A stretch of 63,934 nt of DNA, filler included, from Barthelona sp. PAP020 (lineage: Eukaryota): the NCBI GenBank assembly GCA_040182905.1. It is 5 parts of 5 records of this genome, joined end to end, with 100 filler letters (N's around TTAATTAATTAA, not from the genome) between each part and the next. Parts side by side here need not be neighbours in the genome. Positions count along the whole stretch, not along the records: positions 26,652 to 39,894 come from JARQWU010000333.1; positions 39,995 to 53,048 come from JARQWU010000334.1; 3 more parts are not named here. One strand, 5' to 3'. The notes beneath the pieces are model-generated. The model ran no database searches and was not told the origin of the DNA. It was given only the letters and a program-made list of their open reading frames with translations. Position numbers and translations under genes: made by a program. This document shows, piece after piece, positions 31,538 through 42,833 of the stretch; position 1 is the first letter of the stretch; every line of letters starts with the position of its first letter.

Positions 31538-34500
31538 TTACTGAAATATGCTTCGATTACTCTTGTTAAATGAATGATTTTGTGGCATCTTTCTTATTGT
31601 TTTGCTATCATTCAAAGTTTTTTTGAAACGATTCAATTTCCATTTTCTAAAACTTTCAGGGGACAAATTCTGTTCAGCAATGCTGTTAGATTCATTTAAT
31701 TTTTTCTGTTCATAAAATGGGTCATATTTTTGTTTTGGTTTTTTAGCAATTCTCTCAAAGTTACCATGTGAAGTATAATGCACATCTCCACTGCTATTAA
31801 AATTGGTTGAATGGTTTCTATTCAATAGAGGGGGTATAGCATCTGTAAACTCCATCTTTCTTCTTGGCTTAGCAGAAACAGATAATATACTAATTTGTTC
31901 TTCAAGTTTTTTTTCTTCTGCTGAAGGTTTACAAAGAGCTTTCAAGTTTGAAATTGAAGTCCCACCAAATGTTCTCATAACAACCGGTTTTTCATGTCTT
32001 TGAGGGTTTTCATATTTCGAAATTGATGGTGAAGTTAACATGGTTTTTAATTTGTGAGTTACATTTTCCACTTTTGAAATATTTGTTCCCTTGTGTGAAC
32101 GGTATTTAGACGACAAGATATCAGCGTCTAATTTCATTGTTTTGGTCTTTGTTTTTACTTTTGAAGCAATCTTCGGGACTTTTGCTAATTTTTTTGAATG
32201 TGGTTTTTCTTGATCAAACAGATCTTTCAAAGATATAATGGGTTGTCCATTGACCAAATGTACGTTCTTATTTTGTTTTTTCACACTTTTATTCATTTCT
32301 TCAGTTTGATGATTAATAACAGGAGGAGAAATCAGTCCAATAGCCTCATTTTCCTCAATAATATCCAAAGGACGCATTGCATTTTTACGATATTGATTAG
32401 TATTTTGTGTAATATCATCTGTATCATTTGCTTGTGAGATAGAAGGTGGAGCAAACTGATAATCATCATCAATAATGTATGAATCAAAGCTTTCAACATA
32501 ATCTGAGGGCATCTGTGCATCTTCTTCAAAACCATGCGAATTCACTTCCTCAACAAAGAAACCAGGTGGCGTTGAAGTTGAAGCATCTCCATCAACATCT
32601 TCATTTTTGTCTGTGGCACCATCTTTTAACTTATTCCACTTGATTTCAATGTCATCAGGAGAATGAGAATCAACAGAAAATGATGCATCTTCCTCATATT
32701 TATCAGATGCTTCTTCTTCATAAAATTCCCTGTCTTTGTATTGATGGCGATGTGATGAGTCAAAGCTGTATTGAATTGAGTCAGATGGTGTGGATGAACC
32801 TGAAGAATTTGCATCCTCCTTCTTTGTTAAAGTTACCTTCTCTGTTTCAGTCTCAGTCTCATTATACGTTAGAGAAACATATGAATCATCAGAAACGTGT
32901 TGTGTGTTGGTGTCAAAAATGAAATCATCAGAATCTGATCCAGATAATACCTCTTTACCTGGAGATTCATGATAAAAACTTTCGGCTCCACCAACACCAA
33001 AACGTCTAAGATTGTTACGTCGTCTATTTTGCTGAAGAGATTCAAAAGAATATGACAGAGTGTTTGTTTCATTCTTTTCAACAACTTTATTTTCATGATG
33101 TTTCTTGGCTTCAAATTGAGATAAAATTTGTTGCTGTAAATCGGGGGGTAACATTCCCCACATTCCTTTAGCAGCCAAAATATCAACATCCACAGCACTT
33201 TCTTTTTCTTCCTCTTCCTCTTCCTTTTCTTCTTCCATCTCATAGTTTTTATTGTCGATTTCTTCTTCTTCTTCTTCTTCTTCTTCTTCAAATTCATATA
33301 TATGCTGATTGGGAGTACCATCTATCATATATGTACCACCAACAAAAGCATCAATTTGGCTAAAAATTCGGGATTTCGGTGTTCCAACATGTTGATGTTC
33401 CATAATGCCATTCTTTGCTTCCTGTTCCTGCTCTTGTTCCTGTTCAATAGGCTCATAAAAGATGGGCTTTGGTCTTTTTGAACCTTGACTTGCCGTCAAA
33501 TGACTTAATCGGGCCTTTGCTGCTGCAAGACCAGGATTATCCTCTGCAAGAATATGCATCGGATTTTCACCGATGTGTTCAAACATATCTGACTTCTTAC
33601 TCTCTGTATTTGCATCTAATTCTTGATACTTTTTATCTTTCATTACACTTTTGTTTGAGGTATAAAAGTCCAGATTTGAAAAAAGCTCAAATATATCACC
33701 TTCATCTTCATCTTTGCTATTCTGAGCATCAAAATTCACTAAATCTCTGTTGTCAATTGGAAAATCTTCCACATGATATACATCATTAACTTTTTCAACC
33801 ACGCTTTTAATAGAAGGAGAGATCAGGTCATTCTTTTTATCAATTTTCTTATCAGCATATTTTGAAGTTGTACTTTTGGAAAAATCATGAGCTTGGGGCT
33901 GAGATTGAGGTTGGGCTTGAGACTGGCATTGAGGTTCCAATTCTCTTGTCAAAGAAGTCGAAATTTTTTCATTGTAAAATAAAGGTTCATGTTGTTTCAT
34001 TGCTTCATCCTTCAATTTTCTATTTCTATCCGTCTTTACACTCAATCTGGAATAGTCTTCACCTTCTTTGACAATTCCAATGTTTTTTGGCTTTGAAATG
34101 ACTAAATTTTCATTAAATTCAACAGAATCAAATTCAAGTGCAATTTTCCCACCAAATACATTCACGGTTGAATCATCACTTTTGACTGATTCTGTTGAAT
34201 CATCATATTTTGGGGATGATTGGACCAGAGCCATCTTTTCAACCAATGAAAGAGGCTTATTTTTCTTTTTTGGAACATTGTTTCTTTGAAGCTGAACAAC
34301 ATTTAGAGAGTCACTATGAATAGGTTGTGACTGATTTGTATCTGTTTTACTCACAAATAAATTATCGTCAACAAGGGAGGCATCTATCATTTGAACATCC
34401 AGCAACTTTCGTACAGGGGTGGATATCATAGGTTTTCGCTTGGGAGAAAGATCAAACAGTGAATGATCTTGGGTAACTTCATTCTTGTGATTGACAATAT

Positions 34501-35482
34501 CAAGAGAATGAGTATGCAATTGTTTCATGCTATCAACGATGACGTTTCTTTCATGTTTTTGTTCAAGAGCATCCAACAAGTCTGGTATACGGGATTGTTC
34601 GATCGCAGTTGGAATTGTTTTGAGCTTTCTTGGTTTGGGTCCATCCACACCAACAGTATCAATTTGAGGTTTTGTAGGTTTTTGGATTGGTTGCATAGGT
34701 TTGACTGGAATACTTGACATTGAAGCTATTACAGGTTTTGGAACAACTTTTTCAAAAACTTTTGCCTCATGTACTCTACCGTTAACCAGACTATCATCAG
34801 ATTCAAAAGAAAGTTCATTTCTTAAAACATCCATGGGTTTTCCCACAATATCAAAAGCTCTTAAATCACGACCAAGTTCATCTCTGCTTCTGCCATTCAG
34901 TATTTGAAGATTTTTACAATTCTTAAAGATATATTCAATAACACCAGAAACTTTACAAATAGGGTTATTACGCAAATCTAAAATCTTTAAAGAATTCAGT
35001 CTCTTCAAAAAATTCAATTGATGTAGATTTTTGATTTCATTATGACCCAACAGTAACACCTCTAAAGTATGACATATACGACCATCAGAAATCGTTAAGG
35101 TTTTCAGTTTATTATGAGTTAGTTTCAAGACTTTCAATTGTTTGAATGAAGAAGTGTGAGTAATTTGCTTAATATTATTAAATGATGCTGATAATAATTC
35201 AACATTCGAAAATATTGAAAGAGAACCATTAATCACTTGTAAAAGGTTATGGTCAATAAATAAATCGGTTAGTTCATGAAATCGAAAAGGTATATTCAAT
35301 TTGATAATTCTGTTATGATCTAAAAATAAATATTTTAATTTTTGTAATCGGGAAATTGACAAAGGTAAGGATGTAGTCTGATCAATGGTACTATAATGAA
35401 ATTCATATGAATAAAGGCCAACCGTTTCATCAGACAGTCCATCTCTATCTGATTTACAGAGATGCTCAAAGTTTGAGGGCAT
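31538..35482 (-). CDS. Leucine-rich repeat protein with long disordered acidic tail
   Basis: LKYLFLDHNRI, LKVLKLTHNKL, LKILDLRNNPIC and LRRcap-like YIFKNCKNLQILNG. Confidence 0.88.
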   Translation of the reverse strand: MPSNFEHLCKSDRDGLSDETVGLYSYEFHYSTIDQTTSLPLSISRLQKLKYLFLDHNRIIKLNIPFRFHELTDLFIDHNLLQVINGSLSIFSNVELLSASFNNIKQITHTSSFKQLKVLKLTHNKLKTLTISDGRICHTLEVLLLGHNEIKNLHQLNFLKRLNSLKILDLRNNPICKVSGVIEYIFKNCKNLQILNGRSRDELGRDLRAFDIVGKPMDVLRNELSFESDDSLVNGRVHEAKVFEKVVPKPVIASMSSIPVKPMQPIQKPTKPQIDTVGVDGPKPRKLKTIPTAIEQSRIPDLLDALEQKHERNVIVDSMKQLHTHSLDIVNHKNEVTQDHSLFDLSPKRKPMISTPVRKLLDVQMIDASLVDDNLFVSKTDTNQSQPIHSDSLNVVQLQRNNVPKKKNKPLSLVEKMALVQSSPKYDDSTESVKSDDSTVNVFGGKIALEFDSVEFNENLVISKPKNIGIVKEGEDYSRLSVKTDRNRKLKDEAMKQHEPLFYNEKISTSLTRELEPQCQSQAQPQSQPQAHDFSKSTTSKYADKKIDKKNDLISPSIKSVVEKVNDVYHVEDFPIDNRDLVNFDAQNSKDEDEGDIFELFSNLDFYTSNKSVMKDKKYQELDANTESKKSDMFEHIGENPMHILAEDNPGLAAAKARLSHLTASQGSKRPKPIFYEPIEQEQEQEQEAKNGIMEHQHVGTPKSRIFSQIDAFVGGTYMIDGTPNQHIYEFEEEEEEEEEEIDNKNYEMEEEKEEEEEEKESAVDVDILAAKGMWGMLPPDLQQQILSQFEAKKHHENKVVEKNETNTLSYSFESLQQNRRRNNLRRFGVGGAESFYHESPGKEVLSGSDSDDFIFDTNTQHVSDDSYVSLTYNETETETEKVTLTKKEDANSSGSSTPSDSIQYSFDSSHRHQYKDREFYEEEASDKYEEDASFSVDSHSPDDIEIKWNKLKDGATDKNEDVDGDASTSTPPGFFVEEVNSHGFEEDAQMPSDYVESFDSYIIDDDYQFAPPSISQANDTDDITQNTNQYRKNAMRPLDIIEENEAIGLISPPVINHQTEEMNKSVKKQNKNVHLVNGQPIISLKDLFDQEKPHSKKLAKVPKIASKVKTKTKTMKLDADILSSKYRSHKGTNISKVENVTHKLKTMLTSPSISKYENPQRHEKPVVMRTFGGTSISNLKALCKPSAEEKKLEEQISILSVSAKPRRKMEFTDAIPPLLNRNHSTNFNSSGDVHYTSHGNFERIAKKPKQKYDPFYEQKKLNESNSIAEQNLSPESFRKWKLNRFKKTLNDSKTIRKMPQNHSFNKSNRSIFQ

Positions 35483-35734
35483 AAAATTAATGTTGAAGTT
35501 GATTAAAAGTCATTTTTTTCTTTGTAGTATGTTTCTTTTTTGAGTTTATAAGGTATTTATTGTTTATTTTTATTGCAAATAAAGCATTAAAACAGTAAAT
35601 ATTCAAGAAAGAAGAAAAAACTTATTAAATTTATTTGAAGATGAAATCTGTCATCAACAACACATACATTTGTTTATTTATACTTTATTTATAACTGTGA
35701 GATTTTTATTATCATTTGAATATTACTATTTTAA

Positions 35735-36661
35735 TCAATTTTTATGGAGATTATTCAAAGATTGATTCTTTCTGATGGATTGCTGTTTGACAGTATTATT
35801 CCTTCTCTTAAGTCCATTATTTGCATTATTTGCCTGATTTTTTTCACGATTTTTATTTTTTGTAAAAGTTGGATTGAGTCGAAATTTACGGACATTTTCT
35901 GTGAGAGAGTTAAATTCAACCGATAAATTGGAAGTGGATAGATTTCTATGATTATCAAGACTGCCTACATTGTTGGTTATATTTTCAGAGATGGATGAAA
36001 TTGGTTGTAACAATGTATCTATTGGCTTAAAAACTCTACTAGGTGAGTCCATTTGAGAAAAAATGGAAAAAGGTAACCAATGTGGAGGAATATTTAAATT
36101 TAGAATCTCTGAAGCAGGCAAATTTTTTATATTGCCTGCAAAATCTACTTCCAAATTTGACCAAATTTTCTTGAGGTCATAATATATAGTTTTGTAGTCA
36201 TCGCTTGTAATGCTTAAATGATAATCTAATATTTTCAAGATTGTCCTTTCTAAATCATTCATTTGCTCAAGATTAATTTTTCCACAGCTCACTTGAGAAA
36301 AAGAAAAGGATGAACATGAAATATCATCACAAAATTTTGAAGCGATCACAATACACATAAAAGTTAGACGTTCCCAATTCCAAATTGAAACAATCAAATC
36401 AGTATTTTTCATAATTTTTTCGATATAAATAAGAGCCGTTAAAAGACATTCTGGTTCAACCTGGGCTCGACGAAATATTCCATAAATAAATTTGTAGACT
36501 GTTAAGAATGTTGGAAATTTGGGATGCAGTTCTTTTCTATCTAATGCTTTTAATGGATCAACAGAAGTTTTTAATGTTTGGGAATTATAATGTAAAGTTG
36601 AATGATGAATCAATCCATAAATTACAGCAGAAATTCCTTTGACAGTGTTATTTAATTGCAT
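35735..36661 (-). CDS. Cyclin (cyclin Y / PHO80-like)
   Basis: PECLLTALIYIEK, NWERL...IASKFCDD, MNDLERTILKILDY. Confidence 0.88.
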   Translation of the reverse strand: MQLNNTVKGISAVIYGLIHHSTLHYNSQTLKTSVDPLKALDRKELHPKFPTFLTVYKFIYGIFRRAQVEPECLLTALIYIEKIMKNTDLIVSIWNWERLTFMCIVIASKFCDDISCSSFSFSQVSCGKINLEQMNDLERTILKILDYHLSITSDDYKTIYYDLKKIWSNLEVDFAGNIKNLPASEILNLNIPPHWLPFSIFSQMDSPSRVFKPIDTLLQPISSISENITNNVGSLDNHRNLSTSNLSVEFNSLTENVRKFRLNPTFTKNKNREKNQANNANNGLKRRNNTVKQQSIRKNQSLNNLHKN

Positions 36662-37615
36662 AATGATTTAAAATACGTGTTTATATTATTTTTTTTAATT
36701 GGATAAAAATCAGTCTCAAGATAGTAAACAGTTGAAAACCTTATATTTGTAAAAAGTTTTGTTTTGTCTTTTAATTATTATTAATTATCTGTAAATTATA
36801 ATTTAAAAAAAAGTTTTGTGTTATATTTGTGCAAATATGTAAAGAAAGAATTTTCTTTAAAAAAATCAATTTGAAACAGTTTGATCTTTTTAATTCTACT
36901 TTTTATTATATTATTTTAAACATTTCTATTTCATTGTAACATTGAAAACTGAAAAAGAAATCCTTTTGTTGTTTTTGTTGGAATAGGAGATTTTTTTTGT
37001 GAATTATGTCTATTTCGCATTCATTAAATTTGATAAATAAATGAATGTTGCAAAAAAAAGAAAAAAATATTAAAGGAAAATCATAAATCATAATCCATAT
37101 GTTGCTATTCAATTGAAAGCTTTTTTTTAAATATATTCTTGACTGCAAAAACGTTTATTTAACAAAATATCAATGCAAAGTTAAATAAATTTGTTGATTC
37201 CACCTTTCATTACAACTTCACATAGCAATGAGCTGTGAATGTGCTGGAGAATAAATGGTTTTTTTTACACCTTATTTTTCGGTCCAATCGATTTGTGGTT
37301 CAATAATCAAAGAAAATGACATTTGAAATTATCAAAAATGGCTCTGAATTTTCTTGTTGAACATGTTGGCTTGGTCAAAATTATGTGGTTGTAACCCCAT
37401 TTTTATTGTGAGATGTTGCCCAAAAAGAATTATTTGGATGCTGTTGCACAAAGTGACTAATTTTTCACATGTTTATTGTGGTATGTCAGTTTCTCTTTCC
37501 CATAATTCGGTGACGAACGAATATTGAATCATTCAAATAATTTTTTGATGAAAACAAACAAATAAACAACAGGATTTTACAAAGATAAAAAAAAATATAG
37601 AAAAATTGAATGCTT

Positions 37616-38195
37616 TTAAGCATTTTCAGGATGTAAACAAGAGGAAAACCACGTCATGGCATCTCTAACCCCTTCTCCAGTTAATGCATTGGATTGTGCA
37701 ATATTAATGGGATTGGCAGTATGAGAAGATAAATTCAATGCCCTGCTTATTTCAGAATCATCAACTGATTCAGGAAGATCCATTTTATTTGCAAAAACCA
37801 ATATTGGTATGTTTTCTGGTAAATTTTCTTGAAACAGGTTCTCTAATTCTTGTTTTGCAACTGCAAATCTAATAGTATCAGAAGAATCAACAACAAAAAT
37901 TACACCTGCAATTTCACCAATATTCAATGTCCAAATATTTCGATAACGTCCTTGACCTGACATATCAAAGGCCTTAAAAGACAATTTTCCAAACTTAAAT
38001 TCTTCTTCTGAATATCCAACAGTTGCCGTGGTTTCTATTTTTCCCTTATCAGTTAGTTTATATATTCAAAACAATTAAAAAAAATACATCTGGCGATAAA
38101 TCTTGTTGTAAGCAACGTAACAATGTTGTTTTTCCTGCATTATTAAGTCCAACAACCAATATTTTCGTTGGTTCGGCGGAAGCAAATATTCCCAT
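37616..38195 (-). CDS. ARL6: Arf-like GTPase ARL6/BBS3, two exons (38195-38088, 38044-37616)
   Basis: GLNNAGKT...LSPD|GKIETTATVGY...FDMSGQGRYRNIW...ANKMD. Confidence 0.88.
38045..38087 (-). other. 43-nt spliceosomal intron
   Basis: GTATTT...ACTAACTGATAAG; removal joins G1 to switch regions in frame. Confidence 0.9.
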
Positions 38196-38526
38196 AATAA
38201 AAAAAAAAAATTTGACGTTCTTTTTCGATAAGTAAATAAATTGTCGGTATTATTTACATAATAGAAATAATATAATTGTATATCGGTTATAAAGGAAAGG
38301 TTTAAAAATAGCCCAATAAACTTCATTTTAAAAACAATTCTAAAATTATTTCCAATCAAATTCTTTGGTCTAATCTTTTGATTTATGGGAAAATTTCACA
38401 AACAAAGTTGAAAAAGAATAGATTCATTGTAAATAGTAAAATTTTAACTGTAAACAGTGCACATTATTTAACAATTTGATTATTTGTTTTCTAGATCTTT
38501 AATGTTTTGTGATATTCCAAAATAGA

Positions 38527-39516
38527 ATGACTTTGGGAAATTTATTTTTTTATCCAGAAGTCAAAGACTTTGTAGTTCAAACTTCGGTTCAACATTGGCA
38601 ACTAAAAGAGTTGCTTCATGCTTTTGATAATAATAGAGTTGCTTTTACATCCCAAGTTAATGTTATTTCTCAATTGTTTGTTGAAGATGGAAGAATAAAA
38701 GAATTATTGAAATTAAATACCAATTCTAGAATTTTGTGCTTTGATATTTGCAAAGAATTGGCAATTTGTGGTTTTAATAACGGAGATATTTCTGTAGCAA
38801 AACCCAACCCCAATGATGATGAAGAATTTTTGGTTCAAAATCGATTACAAGTTTCTCAAGCTACTATGAACGATATTAGATTTCAATATAATAATGATAA
38901 ATCTTTAAAGTCGATATTGATATGTTCAAATGATCACTCAATAAAAAGAATAGATCCAGACACATTGCAAGTGTCTCCTGTTGTTGAATTATCGACTCCT
39001 GTAAATGCTGCTTGCTTTTCTCCTAATGAAGAGATGTTAGTTTGTATGGCTGATGATTATAAAGGATATTTATTCGATGTCAATTCTTCATGTGTGATAC
39101 AGACATTCGAAGATTTTAAATCGTACGGTATGTCGGTAGATTGGAGACAAGATGGCCGAATTTTTGGTTTGTGCTCTCAGGACGGAACGGCAAAAGTATA
39201 TGATGTCAGAAAACTTGTAAAACCAATAGCTTTTGTTAAGTCTGAAAGTCCAAATGATTATCCTTTTAGAAGTTTACGATTCAGTCAGATGTCGTCCTGT
39301 AATCTGTTGGTTTTATTGGAAGATAGAAGATTTTTTCATGTTATTGATTCAAGAACATTTAAAAAAGCTTGTTGCTTTGAAACAACAAGTCAAAATATTG
39401 GGTGCTCTTTTGACCCTGCTTGTGAAAAGTTTTTTGTAGGATTTAGTGATCATATTCAAGCATATGAAGTGAGACAGCAATATAGAAAATGCAGTTTACA
39501 AACAACAAGACTTTAA
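38527..39516 (+). CDS. WD40-repeat protein (HWQL type, unrelated to the CWDL family)
   Basis: VQHWQLKELL, VNAACFSP, SQDGTAKVYDVRK. Confidence 0.85.
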   Translation: MTLGNLFFYPEVKDFVVQTSVQHWQLKELLHAFDNNRVAFTSQVNVISQLFVEDGRIKELLKLNTNSRILCFDICKELAICGFNNGDISVAKPNPNDDEEFLVQNRLQVSQATMNDIRFQYNNDKSLKSILICSNDHSIKRIDPDTLQVSPVVELSTPVNAACFSPNEEMLVCMADDYKGYLFDVNSSCVIQTFEDFKSYGMSVDWRQDGRIFGLCSQDGTAKVYDVRKLVKPIAFVKSESPNDYPFRSLRFSQMSSCNLLVLLEDRRFFHVIDSRTFKKACCFETTSQNIGCSFDPACEKFFVGFSDHIQAYEVRQQYRKCSLQTTRL

Positions 39517-39573
39517 TTTCACACAAAACGGTAAATAGGTGAATCTCAATTTTCATTATTTTTTTAACTTCAA

Positions 39574-39894
39574 ATGAATTTTAAAGACTTGTTAGAACAA
39601 TTTATTAATAATGAATTGATTAATTTTGAGGTATTTGAAGATTTTTTTAAAGGGAAAAGCAATTGTAATGTTGAAAATGTTAATTTTTTTTTAAATAATT
39701 GTGAATTAGTCACAATAAAAGCCGAAAAAAAGAATATATTAGGAAAAATTTACCAATTGATTGGTTTAAATCACAATGAAATAAAAGAATTTCCTTTTGA
39801 TGCCTTTATAAATCAATTCATTCTTTCATTTAAAGAACATAGAGATCCTCGAATTTTATTAACTATTTTTAAATCAATTAATCTGTTTGGGGAA
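39574..39894 (+). CDS. 5' fragment, possibly MMS19 N-terminal domain, truncated by contig end
   Basis: EHRDPRILLTIF resembles the MMS19 EKDPRNLL..F motif. Confidence 0.45.
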
Positions 39895-39994
39895 NNNNNN
39901 NNNNNNNNNNNNNNNNNNNNNNNNNNNNNNNNNNNNNNTTAATTAATTAANNNNNNNNNNNNNNNNNNNNNNNNNNNNNNNNNNNNNNNNNNNN
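39895..39994. other. Artificial contig-join spacer
   Basis: N / TTAATTAATTAA / N. Confidence 0.97.
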
Positions 39995-40358
39995 AAATTC
40001 CTTGTTGGACAATTCTTTTTAAAAGCAAAAGAGCAATTGCTGTATTGTATTGTGTTGTAACTGTCAAAGAGTTCATGAAATTTTCGTTGTGCCATTTAAT
40101 AATGAAGGTAATGTGCTACAAATCTTTTTTAGAGTGATTAAAACCATTATTTCTATGTTAACCTCTTCAATTTTTAATTTTCAAAAGAGAAAGTCAGAAC
40201 TTTAAATTTTTGCTTTTGTTGCATGCAAAGAACAGGGACAAGAAAATGGCACCAAATTTTCCTGCTTGATCGTCGAAGTTACATTTCAGTCCTTTAATTC
40301 TCCGCTTTGGTTTTGACTAAAATTTATTAAAGTGAGTTTTTTGAATTAATTTCTTTAA

Positions 40359-40681
40359 TTATTTCCAAGCCAAGAAGAACTGTGTGTATGAGTGAATTTA
40401 AAAGAACAGTGCTCATTTGGTCAAAAGCTTTCGAGGCCCGATTGATGTGTTGAAAAACTTTAGATTTTCCAAGTAAAGTTTAAACTTTAAAATTTTGCTT
40501 TTGCAAAAATGCAAAAGAATGGAATGGAAAATTTTTCAAAAATTTTCACACTTGATGATCACGATTCAATTGCAGCCACTCATTTTCTGTGGCTGAGATT
40601 TAATGAAATGAATTTTCTCTGATTACTGTTTCTTAGTAAATAAATGTAGTTGTTTCACAACTTGACCAAATATCTAATAAA
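40359..40681. mobile_element. Right half of the MITE-like element with intact TIR
   Basis: Matches 27337-27495 and 27645-27675; ends AAATATCTAATAAA, the exact revcomp of TTTATTAGATATTT. Confidence 0.75.
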
Positions 40682-41391
40682 AGGATGTTTTTTTTCTAAG
40701 TCAGTTGAAATCACTTGTTTTAGGAACAACAAAAATTCCTTAATTCATTTTCAACAAAGAATCAATGTGTGCAAATTGACAAGAAAGAACAATATTCAGT
40801 TGGTTAATTTCAGATTAATCTATTAAAGTTTAAATTTTTTTGAAGTAAAAACCAACCTTTAAAACAAGCTTTTTCTGAACCAAAAGAAAGGAATGATGTT
40901 TCCCCTCAATTTATCTGTTAAGGTTTTGACTGAGATTTCCTTAAATGAGTTTTTGAGATTACTTTCTCTGTTAATAAAAATTTTGTTTCACAACTGAAAT
41001 AGTTGAGCTTTATTTCTTGAAGAATCATCTTACTTAACAAGTAAAGCAAAAACCGTCAATATTTAAATTGTTAAGAGATCAAACTCACAAATTGATTACC
41101 CAAGCAAACATCAAACATCACTTTAAAATGAACTTGTAAAAGACCTAATAAGACTTTGTTTACTGATAAAAAAGCAAAATTAATTTATTTTTACAGAGTG
41201 ATTCAAAAAAGACAACAGTTCTCAAAAAAAAAAACAAGAACCACTCCAAAATTCCTAAAAGGAATGAAGAAAACAATCACAAATTTCAAAATAACAATCG
41301 ACACCAACTTTATGAAACAAGATGATAGAAAAAATGTGAAAAAACACAAATCAACAAAAAGGGATTCTTCTTTATTCCTTTTTTTTTTTTA

Positions 41392-42540
41392 ATGATATTG
41401 TTGATTAAATTAGGGATCTTTCGATTGATTCAATCGATAGGAATTTTTTTAATAAGATATTTCACAACAATTTTTTTCAAAAACTATGACACATCAACTT
41501 CGATACTTTTGCAAAATGTTCCTTCCATCATATTAGGCTTTGCCAATTGGGATTCTTTGCATTTCTTTTCAATTGCAAAAGAAGGATACAAGTTTGAACA
41601 TCAACATGCATTTTATTCATTCTATCCTTATTTGTGCAAATACCTCAGTAATTTTTTGTGTTACATTTTTAAAATAGATGTGCATAAACAAGATACTGTT
41701 TTAGTTTTATGTGGACTGATTATTTCAAATGTATCTTTTGTTTTTTCTGCTTTTTATTTATATAAATTGACAAGACTTTTATTTAATGAAAAGTTTAGCA
41801 AAATTTCATTGTTAATATATTATTTTAATCCTGCTTTTGTATTTTTTTTCACTTCATATACCGAATCTATATTTTGTTTATTTTCAACGCTTTCATTTTA
41901 TCTATTCGTAAAAAACAATAATAATGTGACATTTTTTGGTGCTGTTTTTATTGGTTTAGCATCTCTAACACGTTCTAATGGAGTTTTATTGAATGGATTA
42001 TTTGGATACATGTTGTTATTATTATTATTTGATAAAAAGGACAAAAAAATTAAAATTTTTAATTTTATATTTGTATTTTTGACAATTTCTTGTTTTTGTG
42101 TTCATTTATTATTATCTACAATGCATATTAAGGGATATTCATTTGTTGATGCTTTAAAATCCCCATTTTGGTCTACATATTCTCTTATTCAAGGAAAATA
42201 TTGGAATGTTGGAGTTTTCAAATACTATACCTTTGATCAAATTCCAAATTTCGTCATTTGTTTTCCTATTTGGTTAGTTGCGTTATATTCTTTAATTAGC
42301 AATCTTAAAAATCTTAAGAAAATGCTTGTGTTTGAAATGCATTTATTTATTTTATTCATTATTTGTGTTGTTTCTATTAATGTTCAAGTAAGTGTGAGAT
42401 TTTTGATCAGTTCTTCTCCTTTAATCATTTGGAGTTTGGTAAACTTATATTTAAAACATCCAATTCCTGTTGGAATATTCTGTGTTAGTTATACTGTTAT
42501 TGGTTTGGTGTTACATACAACATTTTTACCATGGACTTAA
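41392..42540 (+). CDS. PIGV: GPI mannosyltransferase 2
   Basis: NWDSLHF..IA..GY..EH..AF..FYP, YTESIF, RSNG, YWNVG.FKYY...QIPNF, FLPWT. Confidence 0.93.
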   Translation: MILLIKLGIFRLIQSIGIFLIRYFTTIFFKNYDTSTSILLQNVPSIILGFANWDSLHFFSIAKEGYKFEHQHAFYSFYPYLCKYLSNFLCYIFKIDVHKQDTVLVLCGLIISNVSFVFSAFYLYKLTRLLFNEKFSKISLLIYYFNPAFVFFFTSYTESIFCLFSTLSFYLFVKNNNNVTFFGAVFIGLASLTRSNGVLLNGLFGYMLLLLLFDKKDKKIKIFNFIFVFLTISCFCVHLLLSTMHIKGYSFVDALKSPFWSTYSLIQGKYWNVGVFKYYTFDQIPNFVICFPIWLVALYSLISNLKNLKKMLVFEMHLFILFIICVVSINVQVSVRFLISSSPLIIWSLVNLYLKHPIPVGIFCVSYTVIGLVLHTTFLPWT

Positions 42541-42833
42541 AAAAAAAATAAAACTCAATGTGTAAAAATTAAGTTTTTTTGTTTAAATAACAATTTTGTT
42601 TGATAAAATTTGAAGTACAATTGGAAAAAGAATCAGAACTTTCAAAAAAAAAAAAAAACTTAGAAATCAAAAAGACAAGAACTGATAATTTTTTGATTCA
42701 ATCAGCATATGCAGTATATTTAAATTTTGACAAAAGAAGAAATTATTTGAAAGTCATTCAATGTATTTGTTGCAAACAATTAATTAATTTTTGAAGGAAC
42801 AAAAACAAAAAGAACATACTTATTGATTTATGA

